Shown here one piece after another: positions 1 through 8,155 of a stretch of DNA of 33,831 nt (position 1 is its first letter; each line of letters starts with the position of its first letter). The notes under the pieces were generated by a model. That model had not been told where the DNA came from and ran no database searches. It saw only the letters and a list, made by a program, of their open reading frames with translations. The stretch is taken from positions 1 through 33,831 of the forward strand of contig CAYXVJ010000002.1 in the NCBI GenBank assembly GCA_964468675.1, in the 5' to 3' direction. The stretch comes from an uncultured Oscillospiraceae bacterium. Lineage in GTDB: Bacteria > Bacillota > Clostridia > Saccharofermentanales > Fastidiosipilaceae. The translations under genes were made by a program, and so were the position numbers.

Positions 1-326
1 ATGTAGTGGCATCGGGTGTCCTACTCTTAATCCCATCCATTATTTATAGACGTAAACCCACATTCAAGCGCTTGGTCATTGGTTTAATCTTAGGTACCAT
101 TGGTATGGCTACCGTTATGGCAGGTTGGAACTTAATCATTACACCGATCTTCTTAGGTGCTCCAGTGGAAGTTGTCCTCGAAATGTTAGTACCGATTATT
201 ATTCCCTTTAACTTGATCAAGGCTGGCTTGAACAGCATGATTACAGGCGTTGTCTTCTATAGCTTGAAGCCTGTTCAAAGTAAACTCTTTCGTGTAGCGG
301 ATCGTAAGGTGCATACACACATATAA
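1..326 (+). CDS. ECF-transporter substrate-capture (S) component, C-terminal fragment truncated by the window start
   Basis: The reading frame is open to position 1. The product is almost entirely hydrophobic helices. The C-terminal ...IIPFNLIKAGLNSMITGVVFY... resembles the conserved last helix of RibU-like ECF S components. Stop is at 324-326, followed by an intrinsic terminator. Confidence 0.55.
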   Translation, partial: VVASGVLLLIPSIIYRRKPTFKRLVIGLILGTIGMATVMAGWNLIITPIFLGAPVEVVLEMLVPIIIPFNLIKAGLNSMITGVVFYSLKPVQSKLFRVADRKVHTHI

Positions 327-358
327 AATATAAAAACTAAAGAGAATCAATCAAAGAA

Positions 359-398
359 GCGTATATCCATGAAAAGTTTGCTGGATATACGCTTTTTT
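359..398 (+). terminator. Rho-independent terminator
   Basis: GCGTATATCC (359-368) pairs with GGATATACGC (383-392), a 10-bp perfect stem with a 14-nt loop, followed by TTTTTT (393-398). Confidence 0.8.
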
Positions 399-508
399 GA
401 CTTTTGTCTTAAGCCAGATGGATAGCCTTGCACGAAAGATTTTATTTTTCCTCTAGAATCGGTTAGAATCAGATAATAAGCATTGTCCACTGATGGAGGT
501 GAAGTCAA

Positions 509-937
509 GTGAAAAAACGTATTCAAGATGATCAGATCATTTGGAAAGATCGTAAACGGATCTTAGGTATGCCGATTAGCTTTACACGTTATGAAGTAAC
601 GGAGAAAACGTTAACGATCCGAGCAGGATTTTTTACGACTAGAACAGATGAAGTTCAGCTATATCGTGTCCTTGATTTCAATCTAGTCCGTAGCTTGTGG
701 CAAAAGATCTTTGGTGTCGGTACCCTAACCGTATACAGTGGAGATAAGTCACATGCAACACTTAATCTTGTGAATATCAGGAAGTCTGAATTGGTAAGGC
801 GCTTATTAGGTCAATTGGTGGAAGCAGAGCGCGATCGAAAGAGAGTTGCCTCTCGTGAGATGTATGGCGCATCTTTTGGCGGCGATCCAGATCTCATTGA
901 TGCTGATGGTGATGGTATTCCAGATATCTTCCAATAA
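509..937 (+). CDS. Bacterial PH-domain (bPH_2/DUF304-like) protein with an acidic DxDxDG tail
   Basis: GTG start 8 nt after GGAGGTGA. The pattern WKDRKRILGMP...TLTIRAGFFTTRTDEVQLYRVLDFNLVRSLWQKIFGVGTLTVYSGD fits the bPH_2 fold. No TM helix is present. The C-terminus reads GGDPDLIDADGDGIPDIFQ. Confidence 0.6.
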   Translation: MKKRIQDDQIIWKDRKRILGMPISFTRYEVTEKTLTIRAGFFTTRTDEVQLYRVLDFNLVRSLWQKIFGVGTLTVYSGDKSHATLNLVNIRKSELVRRLLGQLVEAERDRKRVASREMYGASFGGDPDLIDADGDGIPDIFQ

Positions 938-1008
938 GATTGATAACCCTTAAGATCTGTCTTAAGCAATTGTTCTTAGGAACTGTCTATCGAAAATTAA
1001 ATGGATAA

Positions 1009-1051
1009 CCTTGATACACTTGTTTCATGAACACTTGTATCAAGGTTTTTT
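1009..1051 (+). terminator. Rho-independent terminator
   Basis: CCTTGATACA (1009-1018) pairs with TGTATCAAGG (1036-1045), followed by TTTTTT (1046-1051). Confidence 0.8.
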
Positions 1052-1157
1052 ACTGTTGTCGTTATTATATAAAATCATTTTAGTTTAATGATTTCTTTAT
1101 AATCTCCAAAGTCTTATCTTTTATAATGGGGGTAGTAGTAGGAAAGGAAGTACACTT

Positions 1158-1877
1158 ATGGTTAGCCAGAGAGGTGCAAAAATATTAATATGTGATGACG
1201 ATCCAGATATTGTCCGTGCATTGGAGATCTATCTAAAGAAAGAGTCATTCGATACCTATACTGCCTATACTGGTCGCCAGGCCTTAGACGTCTTAGATGA
1301 GGTGAGTATTGATCTAGCCTTAATGGACATTATGATGCCGGAGCTAGATGGTTTAATGGCTACACAAAGAATCAGAGAGCGCTACAACCTTCCTATTATC
1401 TTCATCTCAGCAAAATCAGAAGACAGAGATAAGATCCAAGGCTTACATGCAGGTGCAGATGACTACATCACCAAACCGTTTAGCCCTGATGAAGTCATTG
1501 CCAGAGTGAAGTCTCAACTGCGCCGTTATACCCTATTAGGTGGACGTGAATTAGGCGATGCAGTCTATGAATCAGGTGGCTTATCTATCGATACCGATGC
1601 AAGGGTTTGTACGGTCAACGGTAGAGAAGTGAACCTAACAAAATCTGAATACAACATTCTGCTCTTCTTATTAAAGAACAAAGGCCGTGTTTTTCGCTCA
1701 GATGAAATCTATGAATCTGTTTGGCAACAAGAAGCATTGGGGAGTGACAGCGTGGTTTCCGTCCATATCTGTCACATCAGAGAGAAGATTGAGGCAAATC
1801 CCAAGAATCCTGAATACATTAAAGTATTGTGGGGTAAAGGCTATAAGCTAGAGGATATGGAGGTATTGCCTAAATGA
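1158..1877 (+). CDS. OmpR/PhoB-family response regulator (receiver plus winged-helix Trans_reg_C)
   Basis: Receiver motifs ILICDDD, DLALMDIMMPELDG and ISAKSE..DK are present. The C-terminal winged helix reads LTKSEYNILLFLLKNKGRVFRSDEIYESVW....IREKIE....PEYIKVLWGKGYKL. The stop overlaps the kinase start (ATGA at 1874-1877). Confidence 0.93.
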   Translation: MVSQRGAKILICDDDPDIVRALEIYLKKESFDTYTAYTGRQALDVLDEVSIDLALMDIMMPELDGLMATQRIRERYNLPIIFISAKSEDRDKIQGLHAGADDYITKPFSPDEVIARVKSQLRRYTLLGGRELGDAVYESGGLSIDTDARVCTVNGREVNLTKSEYNILLFLLKNKGRVFRSDEIYESVWQQEALGSDSVVSVHICHIREKIEANPKNPEYIKVLWGKGYKLEDMEVLPK

Positions 1878-4147
1878 AGCATCTATACCATTCAACACTA
1901 TTGAAAGTACTAGCGACAATTGTTGCTAGCGTAGCGTTACTGCTCAGCTTAGCCTCTATAGGCTTGGGTATAGTATTCCATGACTGGTTATTTAGTTCTG
2001 CTAATAACTGGTATCAATCCACCTACATGATGGATCACAACTCGAGAGTATATAATTACGCAGACCAAGCACTGACTTTAGCGCATGAGCTCTTAGAGCG
2101 TGACCTTGCACCCGTAGAGCTGCAAGTGGCAGGCGATTTAGTCGAAACTGACTATGATCGCTATACATATGAGCATCTTGATAACAGTGCATTGGAGGCT
2201 TGGTACCACAACAATATCGGTCAATTGCGTCTATTGACGGACCACTTAATTCTATCGGATGGAGAGCAAGTGATTTTCCAGCTTCATGTAAACGATATTG
2301 GCGTTGACAATAAAGATGGAAGTATTAGAGATCTAGAAGGGTATTTCCCCAATGTTGAGAGTGATGTTGTATTGATTGATGCGACAAGGGGCCACTATAC
2401 TGTTGAAGGTGAAAGCTATATTAGCACCAAGAATCCTATTTTCAGCGGTTCCCAATCCCCTGCTAAGTATTTGATCTATGAACCTTCAATCAATGGAGAT
2501 AATCCAGATGGTTATTTGAATAACAGATTGCTCTATGAGTCATCTTTGAAGTATCGTATGCCACTAGCCTTTACTATGGTACTTTCGACATTAATATTCA
2601 TCTTGCTGTTTGCTTATCTATGCCGTGGTGCTGGCTATAGGAAGGATGAGGAAGGACATTTCTCTAAACGTGGCGATATCAGCTTAAATTGGTTTGATAA
2701 GATCTACCTTGAATTTGTTCTAGTGGGATACCTAAGCGGTTTCGCAGCCGTTTTTATCCTGATCGATTCTATCCGCTATCCTACCATTCATTTCAAACGT
2801 TTCTTGAGTAACAATGGCTTTGACATAAGCTTGCTACTAGGTACCTTGGGCACCTATTGGTTTGCAGCGATCTTGATATTTCTCCTAACATTGTTGACTG
2901 CAACCGTCTTGCTCTCTTTCATCCGTAAACTTAAGGCGCGTAAACTCTTTAGATATAGCATCGTAGGCTTTGTGTGGAGTAAACTGAAGAATATTTGGCA
3001 GTATGTTGCTATGCGTGTTGGTAGAAGACGAAAGCCCTTGCTCTTACTCATACCATATTTACTCTTAGCCTTCTTCTTCAGCCTATTTACGATGGATATG
3101 AACTACAACGGATTTTCAGTCTTTATGGCTTTCATCCTTGGCTTTATATTGTTCATCTTGATTCCGATAGCAATCATCGTGCACTTGGTTTATTTAAAGA
3201 GAAGCACGCTTAGTTTAAGTGAATACTCCTCTAATCTGGCCAATGGTGAAGACACATTAGCGCCTGAATCAAGGCAGCTTCATAGAGACTTTAGACCTCT
3301 AAACGATAACTTGCAGCGCTTGGATCAAGGCTTGCAATATGCAGTAGAGCGGCAGTTGCAAGCGGATCGCTTGAAAACAGACCTCATTACAAATGTGTCT
3401 CATGACCTAAAGACACCGTTGACGTCCATCATCAATTACATTGACCTCTTGAAACGTGAGGGCCTAGATGGTGAGCATGCAAGTTCATATCTGGAGACCT
3501 TGGATCAGAAAGCCAATCGCTTAAAGCAGTTAACAGAAGACTTAGTGGAGGCGTCGAAAGCCTCGAGTGGCAACTTATCCGTTGAACGTGAATGGCTCGA
3601 CATCATTGAGCTGATGCGCCAGGTGACAGGAGAGTTTGATGAAAAGCTTGCAGATGAGCATTTAACTTTAGTACCAAGACTGCCTGAAGGCATGCACAGC
3701 TACATGATCTGGAGCGATGGTAGCCACCTTTGGCGCATACTAGAAAACCTCTTAGAGAACGCTAGAAAATACTCTTTAAAAGGAAGCCGTGTGTACATGT
3801 CACTTGATATTGGTCTAGAAGGCTTACGTTTAGAGATTAAGAATATCTCAGCTATCCCATTTGATCTATCAACAGATGATTTGATGGAGCGATTTGTAAG
3901 AGGCGATGCTGCAAGGCATAGCGAAGGCTCAGGCTTAGGCCTGTCCATTACAAGTAGCCTTGCCAGCCTATTAGGTGGACAGATGGAATTAGATGTCAGA
4001 GATGATGTCTTTACGGCAAAGGTCAATCTGCCATTTGTGAATGCAACGAAACCGCTAGAAGCGGAAATTGACCGTGCATCAGAGCATACAAGTGACACGA
4101 GAGATCTCTTAGATGACGAGATTGATGGCGCTATACTCTTCTCATAA
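1874..4147 (+). CDS. Sensor histidine kinase with ~190-aa extracytoplasmic domain, about 6 TM helices, VanS-like DHp and HATPase_c
   Basis: H-box is NVSHDLKTPLTSIINYIDLL. N-box is LENLLENARKYS. G-boxes are GSGLGLSI. An N-terminal TM helix is followed by a soluble segment and a hydrophobic block at about aa 225-445. The gene is translationally coupled to the regulator. Confidence 0.9.
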   Translation: MKHLYHSTLLKVLATIVASVALLLSLASIGLGIVFHDWLFSSANNWYQSTYMMDHNSRVYNYADQALTLAHELLERDLAPVELQVAGDLVETDYDRYTYEHLDNSALEAWYHNNIGQLRLLTDHLILSDGEQVIFQLHVNDIGVDNKDGSIRDLEGYFPNVESDVVLIDATRGHYTVEGESYISTKNPIFSGSQSPAKYLIYEPSINGDNPDGYLNNRLLYESSLKYRMPLAFTMVLSTLIFILLFAYLCRGAGYRKDEEGHFSKRGDISLNWFDKIYLEFVLVGYLSGFAAVFILIDSIRYPTIHFKRFLSNNGFDISLLLGTLGTYWFAAILIFLLTLLTATVLLSFIRKLKARKLFRYSIVGFVWSKLKNIWQYVAMRVGRRRKPLLLLIPYLLLAFFFSLFTMDMNYNGFSVFMAFILGFILFILIPIAIIVHLVYLKRSTLSLSEYSSNLANGEDTLAPESRQLHRDFRPLNDNLQRLDQGLQYAVERQLQADRLKTDLITNVSHDLKTPLTSIINYIDLLKREGLDGEHASSYLETLDQKANRLKQLTEDLVEASKASSGNLSVEREWLDIIELMRQVTGEFDEKLADEHLTLVPRLPEGMHSYMIWSDGSHLWRILENLLENARKYSLKGSRVYMSLDIGLEGLRLEIKNISAIPFDLSTDDLMERFVRGDAARHSEGSGLGLSITSSLASLLGGQMELDVRDDVFTAKVNLPFVNATKPLEAEIDRASEHTSDTRDLLDDEIDGAILFS

Positions 4148-4658
4148 CATGTTCGATTTCCGCCACGATGCGTTCGTGGAAGTCATCACGTTCATAGTGT
4201 TCTGTTGAGACAACGTTCTCTAAGAACTGATCGCGGTGGAATTGATCGGTATAAAGTTTCTTGCATATCATTACAAACCTTGCCTCGCGGACATAGGGCA
4301 CACCTTGGTAGAAATCAAGGTGTACACCGGCCTCGAGGTATTTGTCTGTGTCGCGGCCAGAGTGGCTACCAAAGTAAATCAGCTTCTCTCTGTGCTCTTT
4401 ATCGAATATCGAAATGCTAAAGCGATCCTCTTTGTCAATGAATTCTTTTGTGTAACGCTGAGGTCTTACCAGTACTTCTACAACATTTTTGTTCCAGATG
4501 ACGCCCATCATACCCCAGTTGGCCATCATGCTATTGGCAAGCTTTGCTGTACCTGCTGTCAGTAGCATACCGTGGTTGCGGATCAAATCGAATGGACTGA
4601 ATTTTAATTGTGAGAGTGAAATGGTCTCGAAATCTTGTGTATTCTGTTCTTCATTCAT
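4131..4658 (-). CDS. Flavin reductase-like (FMN-binding split-barrel) family protein
   Basis: AGGAGG lies 8 nt upstream of the ATG. The segment MLLTAGT....NSMMANWGMMGVIWNKNVVEVLVRPQRYT is typical of the flavin reductase/flavoredoxin family. Its 3' end overlaps the convergent kinase gene by 17 bp. Confidence 0.7.
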   Translation of the reverse strand: MNEEQNTQDFETISLSQLKFSPFDLIRNHGMLLTAGTAKLANSMMANWGMMGVIWNKNVVEVLVRPQRYTKEFIDKEDRFSISIFDKEHREKLIYFGSHSGRDTDKYLEAGVHLDFYQGVPYVREARFVMICKKLYTDQFHRDQFLENVVSTEHYERDDFHERIVAEIEHVMRRV

Positions 4659-4713
4659 AAACTGGATCCTCCTACTAGATCAAACTTATTCTCATTATAA
4701 GGCTATCTTGTCA

Positions 4714-4733
4714 CGCATTCTATCGAGAATGCG
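4714..4733. promoter_or_regulatory. Perfect 8-bp inverted repeat in a divergent intergenic region (candidate operator)
   Basis: CGCATTCT (4714-4721), ATCG, AGAATGCG (4726-4733). The repeat sits 2 nt upstream of a consensus TATAAT (4736-4741), between the flavin reductase and capA-like genes. Confidence 0.3.
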
Positions 4734-4739
4734 ACTATA

Positions 4740-6218
4740 ATGTTAAGCATGGATACAGATATACGTTTAAAGAGGGTACTCGTTATCCTAACGCTGGTCA
4801 TTGCTGTAATAGGCCTGAGCCTTATTTTTAGCAGTAATGGTGTAGTCCGTCCGCCAGGTACAAGCCATAGCGGAGATCTTACACCGACTATTCCTGCTTC
4901 GGCAACATTAACGCCTGTTCCATCTATAAGTGATACAGATAACACAATCAATCCAAGTGATGAGCCATCTTCAACAACGACAGATTTTACTGAAGAGACA
5001 ACAGATACCTCGACTGTAGAACCCACGATCGATCCAATCCCGACATTTACACCATCGGATTCGATGGAAATAGGCCCACTACCCACTGCTGTTCAGATAG
5101 ATGGAGATGGAGATCGTGTGTCAATATTAGCTGGTGGTGATATCTTATTTCACTCCTACCTCATTAATGGTGGTCTGGAGGCTGATGGCACATACAACTA
5201 CGATGCATCTTTTAAACACCTCTTGCCACTTACTGCGGATATAGACATTTCCTATGTAAACATGGAGGGAACCTTGGCAGGACCACCTTACACAGGATTT
5301 CCTCTGTTTAGTGCTCCGGATAGTGTAGCAACGAGCATCCGTAATGCAGGTTTTAACATGGTCACTTCTGCCAACAACCACAGTATCGATAAAGGCACTG
5401 CAGGAGTGATTCGTACAGTGGATATACTTCGAGATGAAGGTCTGGTGGTATCTGGCACAAGAAAGAGTCTAGATGAGCCTTACTATGAGTTGTTTAACGT
5501 CGGAGGCGTTGACGTTGCATTGGCAACCATTACGTACGAGACGATAAGGCAAGAGGGTAGACGTGGCCTAAATGGCATCGTGATACCTAGTGATGCCGAA
5601 GGCTTGGTTCAATCGTTTAGCCAAGAAGAACCCTATATGAGCGAAGACTTCTTAAGATATGGCCGCTTAGCCAAACGCATGCGCGATAACGGGGCTGAGA
5701 TCGTCATCTTTAATGTCCATTGGGGAACAGAATATAGTACGGATCAGAACTGGTATCAAGAGACCTTAGCCCAAGTGTTAGCTGACAACGATGTAGACCT
5801 CATCATCGGGGGTGGACCACATGCCATCCAGCCTATTGTTGAAGTCCAGTCTAAATTGTCTTCACATAAAACACTGGTCTATTATTCAGTTGGCAATCTC
5901 TTATCTGACCAGCTCTATAGTACAGCGGACAGTAACGGACTTGCCGAAGACGGGCTTTTAGCTGAGGTTCACTTCCTTAGAGATAAGAGTGGCAAGATGC
6001 GAATCGATCAAGCCCATTACATAATGACTTATTGTTTCAAAGATAAGTTTGCACAAGACAAAACTAAAAATACCATAATCCCCGTGCAGCAAGCCTTAGA
6101 AAACCCTGAGGCTTATGGCATGGAGAATCACGTGAACCTGCTTCAAGCATCACTAAACAGAACCAGCTCCATTATGGCTAAGAATCAAGTGCTAGATACA
6201 AGAATAGACGCAAGGTAA
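4740..6218 (+). CDS. CapA/PGA_cap-family metallophosphoesterase-like protein, membrane-anchored with a Ser/Thr/Pro-rich linker
   Basis: An N-terminal TM helix (VLVILTLVIAVIGLSLIF) is followed by a low-complexity T/S/P/D linker and the PGA_cap core (ILAGGDILFHSY, NMEGTLAG, TSANNHSIDKG, NVHWGTEYS, GGGPHAIQP). The start is uncertain between ATG 4740 and ATG 4749, and neither has a Shine-Dalgarno sequence. Confidence 0.8.
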   Translation: MLSMDTDIRLKRVLVILTLVIAVIGLSLIFSSNGVVRPPGTSHSGDLTPTIPASATLTPVPSISDTDNTINPSDEPSSTTTDFTEETTDTSTVEPTIDPIPTFTPSDSMEIGPLPTAVQIDGDGDRVSILAGGDILFHSYLINGGLEADGTYNYDASFKHLLPLTADIDISYVNMEGTLAGPPYTGFPLFSAPDSVATSIRNAGFNMVTSANNHSIDKGTAGVIRTVDILRDEGLVVSGTRKSLDEPYYELFNVGGVDVALATITYETIRQEGRRGLNGIVIPSDAEGLVQSFSQEEPYMSEDFLRYGRLAKRMRDNGAEIVIFNVHWGTEYSTDQNWYQETLAQVLADNDVDLIIGGGPHAIQPIVEVQSKLSSHKTLVYYSVGNLLSDQLYSTADSNGLAEDGLLAEVHFLRDKSGKMRIDQAHYIMTYCFKDKFAQDKTKNTIIPVQQALENPEAYGMENHVNLLQASLNRTSSIMAKNQVLDTRIDAR

Positions 6219-6266
6219 TTCTCGCGTCTATTCTTGTGCACTCTAAATTGTTTCATTATTTTTATT

Positions 6267-6300
6267 TGCTGGCATTTTATTGCCAGCATTTATTTTATTT
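6267..6300 (+). terminator. Rho-independent terminator after the capA-like gene
   Basis: TGCTGGCA (6267-6274) pairs with TGCCAGCA (6281-6288) across a 6-nt loop, followed by the T-rich TTTATTTTATTTT. A separate 13-bp perfect hairpin (6199-6211 / 6224-6236) spans the capA stop codon but lacks a U-tract. Confidence 0.65.
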
Positions 6301-7962
6301 TCTGATAACGACCATGTGCCATTGATCAGTAGCCCAATAGTTTTTTGTACCGAAGGTATTTGTCATATATAAGACATTGTCTTGTATCGATGTGCGATAG
6401 GCAAGTCCATGTCCTGCTGGGACAAGGTTGATGGATGGGGCGATCTTGCCATAAAGATCACGCAAGGGGTCCATACCGTGATGCGACATCTGAACGACAT
6501 CTGCCGATAAGAACTCTGGATAGCGTTCCATTAATAAGTTCGCTGCTTCCTCTTGAATGTCTACCAGTAAGAGTATCGTACGACTAGAGCCATCAAAGCT
6601 TAAGTGAATGACGGCTGATGAATCATTTTCACGCCACATGTTTTCATTGTATCCATTTAGGAATCGAATGTTCACACCGTCAATGCTGGTCGTAAGACCT
6701 GGGCTAATCTCAGTGTACTTTCCTTGGCTCTTCACAAGCTCCATCGCGTCATAAGCGAATGCTGATTGTAAAGCTGTTTCATCGCCTACCTTTTGGTCAT
6801 GGATATGCTTTGGATACCATACGCCAAAGACCTGACCAATGTTTACACTGCCCTCATGGATAATAGCTGCTGGTACACGGATGTGATCGTTATGTGGATG
6901 GGTCAAGATCCAGGTATCTACCGTGTTGCTTGCATGTAGGCTTAGCCACTCTTTTACTTTAGCAAGTTCACCCGTGCCGTCTCCTGTAGCCAGTTCAGTT
7001 GTATCACCTAGCATGAGTTGCATACCACCATCGATTACGATGGTCTTACCGTTTGGTGTTTGTACCATCATGCCAAGACCAAGGCCTGGATCAGAGCCTT
7101 CTGAGATCGTGTTGGGTGCCATAATGACTTTGTAGGTATCTGCTTGGGCCTTCATCCGATTGTCGTCAATTGTATTGAACGATAATACTTCGATGTCAGG
7201 GCTTGCAGGTGTTGGTGTTGGCTCTGGTGCCTTAGTTGGTACAGGTGTTGCTGTAGGCTGTGGTGTCGCAGTTGGTAGGGGTGTAGGCGTGCTAGCTTGT
7301 CCTGGAATGAGCAAGGTCTCACCTGTGAAGATGAACTGTGCGGTTGTACGACCGTTGGCCTTAGCTAGGGTATTCATGTTGACACCATATTTAATACTAA
7401 TGGACCACCAGCTCTCACCCGTTACAACACGATGGGTACCGTCTGTTGTTGGCGGTGGCGTAGGCTTGGGTGTAGTAGTTGGCTTAGGCGCTGTTGTAGG
7501 TAGAGGTGTAGGATTTGTCGCCCCTGGTACAGGTATATTTAGCACCTGGCCAACGAAGATGGTATCTGTTACTTTCTTACCATTGAATGTTGCAAGTGTG
7601 ATGTAATTGATCTGATATTTTTGGCCGATGGACCACCAACTTTCACCTCGAGCAACAGTATGCCTTGCAACTGGATTATCGGGGTTTGGTTTAGGTGTAG
7701 GTGTTGGTGTAGATGTTTTCCCTGGTATGGTGAGTACTTCACCAACGTATATATGGCCAGATGCCGATCTGCCGTTTGCTTGTGCAAGTGTGTTGTAATT
7801 TATACCATAACGTTGACCGATGGACCACCAGCTTTCACCTGATAAAACCTTGTGTGTAAGGCCTGCTGCATAGCTGCTACTGGATAGTAATATGGTGAAT
7901 ATGAAAATAAATGCGACGATAAGACGCTTGAATTTTACTTTGCTGCTTTTATCTTGCCTCAT
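6295..7962 (-). CDS. Secreted 3xLysM protein with C-terminal MBL-fold (ComEC/Rec2-type beta-lactamase-like) hydrolase domain
   Basis: I place the start at ATG 7960-7962, preceded by GGAGGAAGACAAC, rather than the ORF-track start at 8016. Signal peptide is KRLIVAFIFIFTILLSSSSYAAG. Three LysM modules (GESWWSIG.KY.IN..TLA..NG) are separated by Pro/Thr linkers. The MBL metal motif is THPHNDH. Confidence 0.85.
   Translation of the reverse strand: MRQDKSSKVKFKRLIVAFIFIFTILLSSSSYAAGLTHKVLSGESWWSIGQRYGINYNTLAQANGRSASGHIYVGEVLTIPGKTSTPTPTPKPNPDNPVARHTVARGESWWSIGQKYQINYITLATFNGKKVTDTIFVGQVLNIPVPGATNPTPLPTTAPKPTTTPKPTPPPTTDGTHRVVTGESWWSISIKYGVNMNTLAKANGRTTAQFIFTGETLLIPGQASTPTPLPTATPQPTATPVPTKAPEPTPTPASPDIEVLSFNTIDDNRMKAQADTYKVIMAPNTISEGSDPGLGLGMMVQTPNGKTIVIDGGMQLMLGDTTELATGDGTGELAKVKEWLSLHASNTVDTWILTHPHNDHIRVPAAIIHEGSVNIGQVFGVWYPKHIHDQKVGDETALQSAFAYDAMELVKSQGKYTEISPGLTTSIDGVNIRFLNGYNENMWRENDSSAVIHLSFDGSSRTILLLVDIQEEAANLLMERYPEFLSADVVQMSHHGMDPLRDLYGKIAPSINLVPAGHGLAYRTSIQDNVLYMTNTFGTKNYWATDQWHMVVIRK
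7300..7854 (-). repeat. Three in-gene LysM module repeats with Pro/Thr-rich linkers
   Basis: Modules lie at about 7720-7854, 7528-7662 and 7300-7434. The DNA-level core GATGGACCACCANCTNTCACC recurs three times on the + strand (about 7402, 7629, 7821). Confidence 0.85.
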
Positions 7963-8063
7963 GTTGTCTTCCTCCTGGAACAAATACTGTAGCATGATTT
8001 TTAAAGGACAAATCAAGGGAATGAGAATGTCTTTTATCTGGCCACCGTAGTTTGCTTAAGGAA

Positions 8064-8116
8064 TCAAAACAAAAAAGAAGGCTACTAAGGAAGATATTCT
8101 TCGCTTGCAGCCTTCT
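8064..8116 (-). terminator. Rho-independent terminator downstream of lacZ
   Basis: The minus strand reads AGAAGGCT...GAAG-AATAT-CTTC...AGCCTTCT followed by TTTTTGTTTTG. Outer arms are at 8109-8116 and 8076-8083, and the U-tract corresponds to 8064-8075. Confidence 0.7.
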
Positions 8117-8155
8117 CTCATTATTTTAGCAAAAGTATACATTGTAACAACACTG

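Noticed and set aside
3700-4098. 132-aa - strand ORF inside the histidine kinase gene, plus similar short ORFs inside lacZ (9671-10084, 9684-9998, 11135-11440), GH38 (18538-18855, 20037-20327) and the ABC genes
   Set aside because: All lie inside long ORFs with strong family motifs. They lack RBSs and recognisable domains, so they are ordinary shadow ORFs.
4703-5086. 127-aa ORF on the - strand overlapping the start of the capA-like gene
   Set aside because: It is antisense to the Ser/Thr/Pro-rich linker, which gives a Gly/Val/Ser-rich artefact. No RBS is present, and the opposite-strand gene has clear PGA_cap motifs.
7160-7606. 148-aa Gly/Val-rich ORF on the + strand
   Set aside because: It is the antisense shadow of the Pro/Thr-rich LysM linkers of the 6295-7962 gene. 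It has low-complexity composition, no RBS, and lies entirely inside a well-supported CDS.
7963-8016. Upstream ATG at 8016 as the start of the LysM-MBL gene, and likewise ATG 11621 for lacZ, TTG 11721 for the serpin, GTG 21001 for punA, GTG 27094 for arsR and TTG 28331 for ABC subunit 1
   Set aside because: In each case a downstream ATG sits 6-9 nt after a strong AGGAGG-type RBS and gives a sensible N-terminus (signal peptide, lipobox or family-typical start). The ORF-track starts have no RBS.
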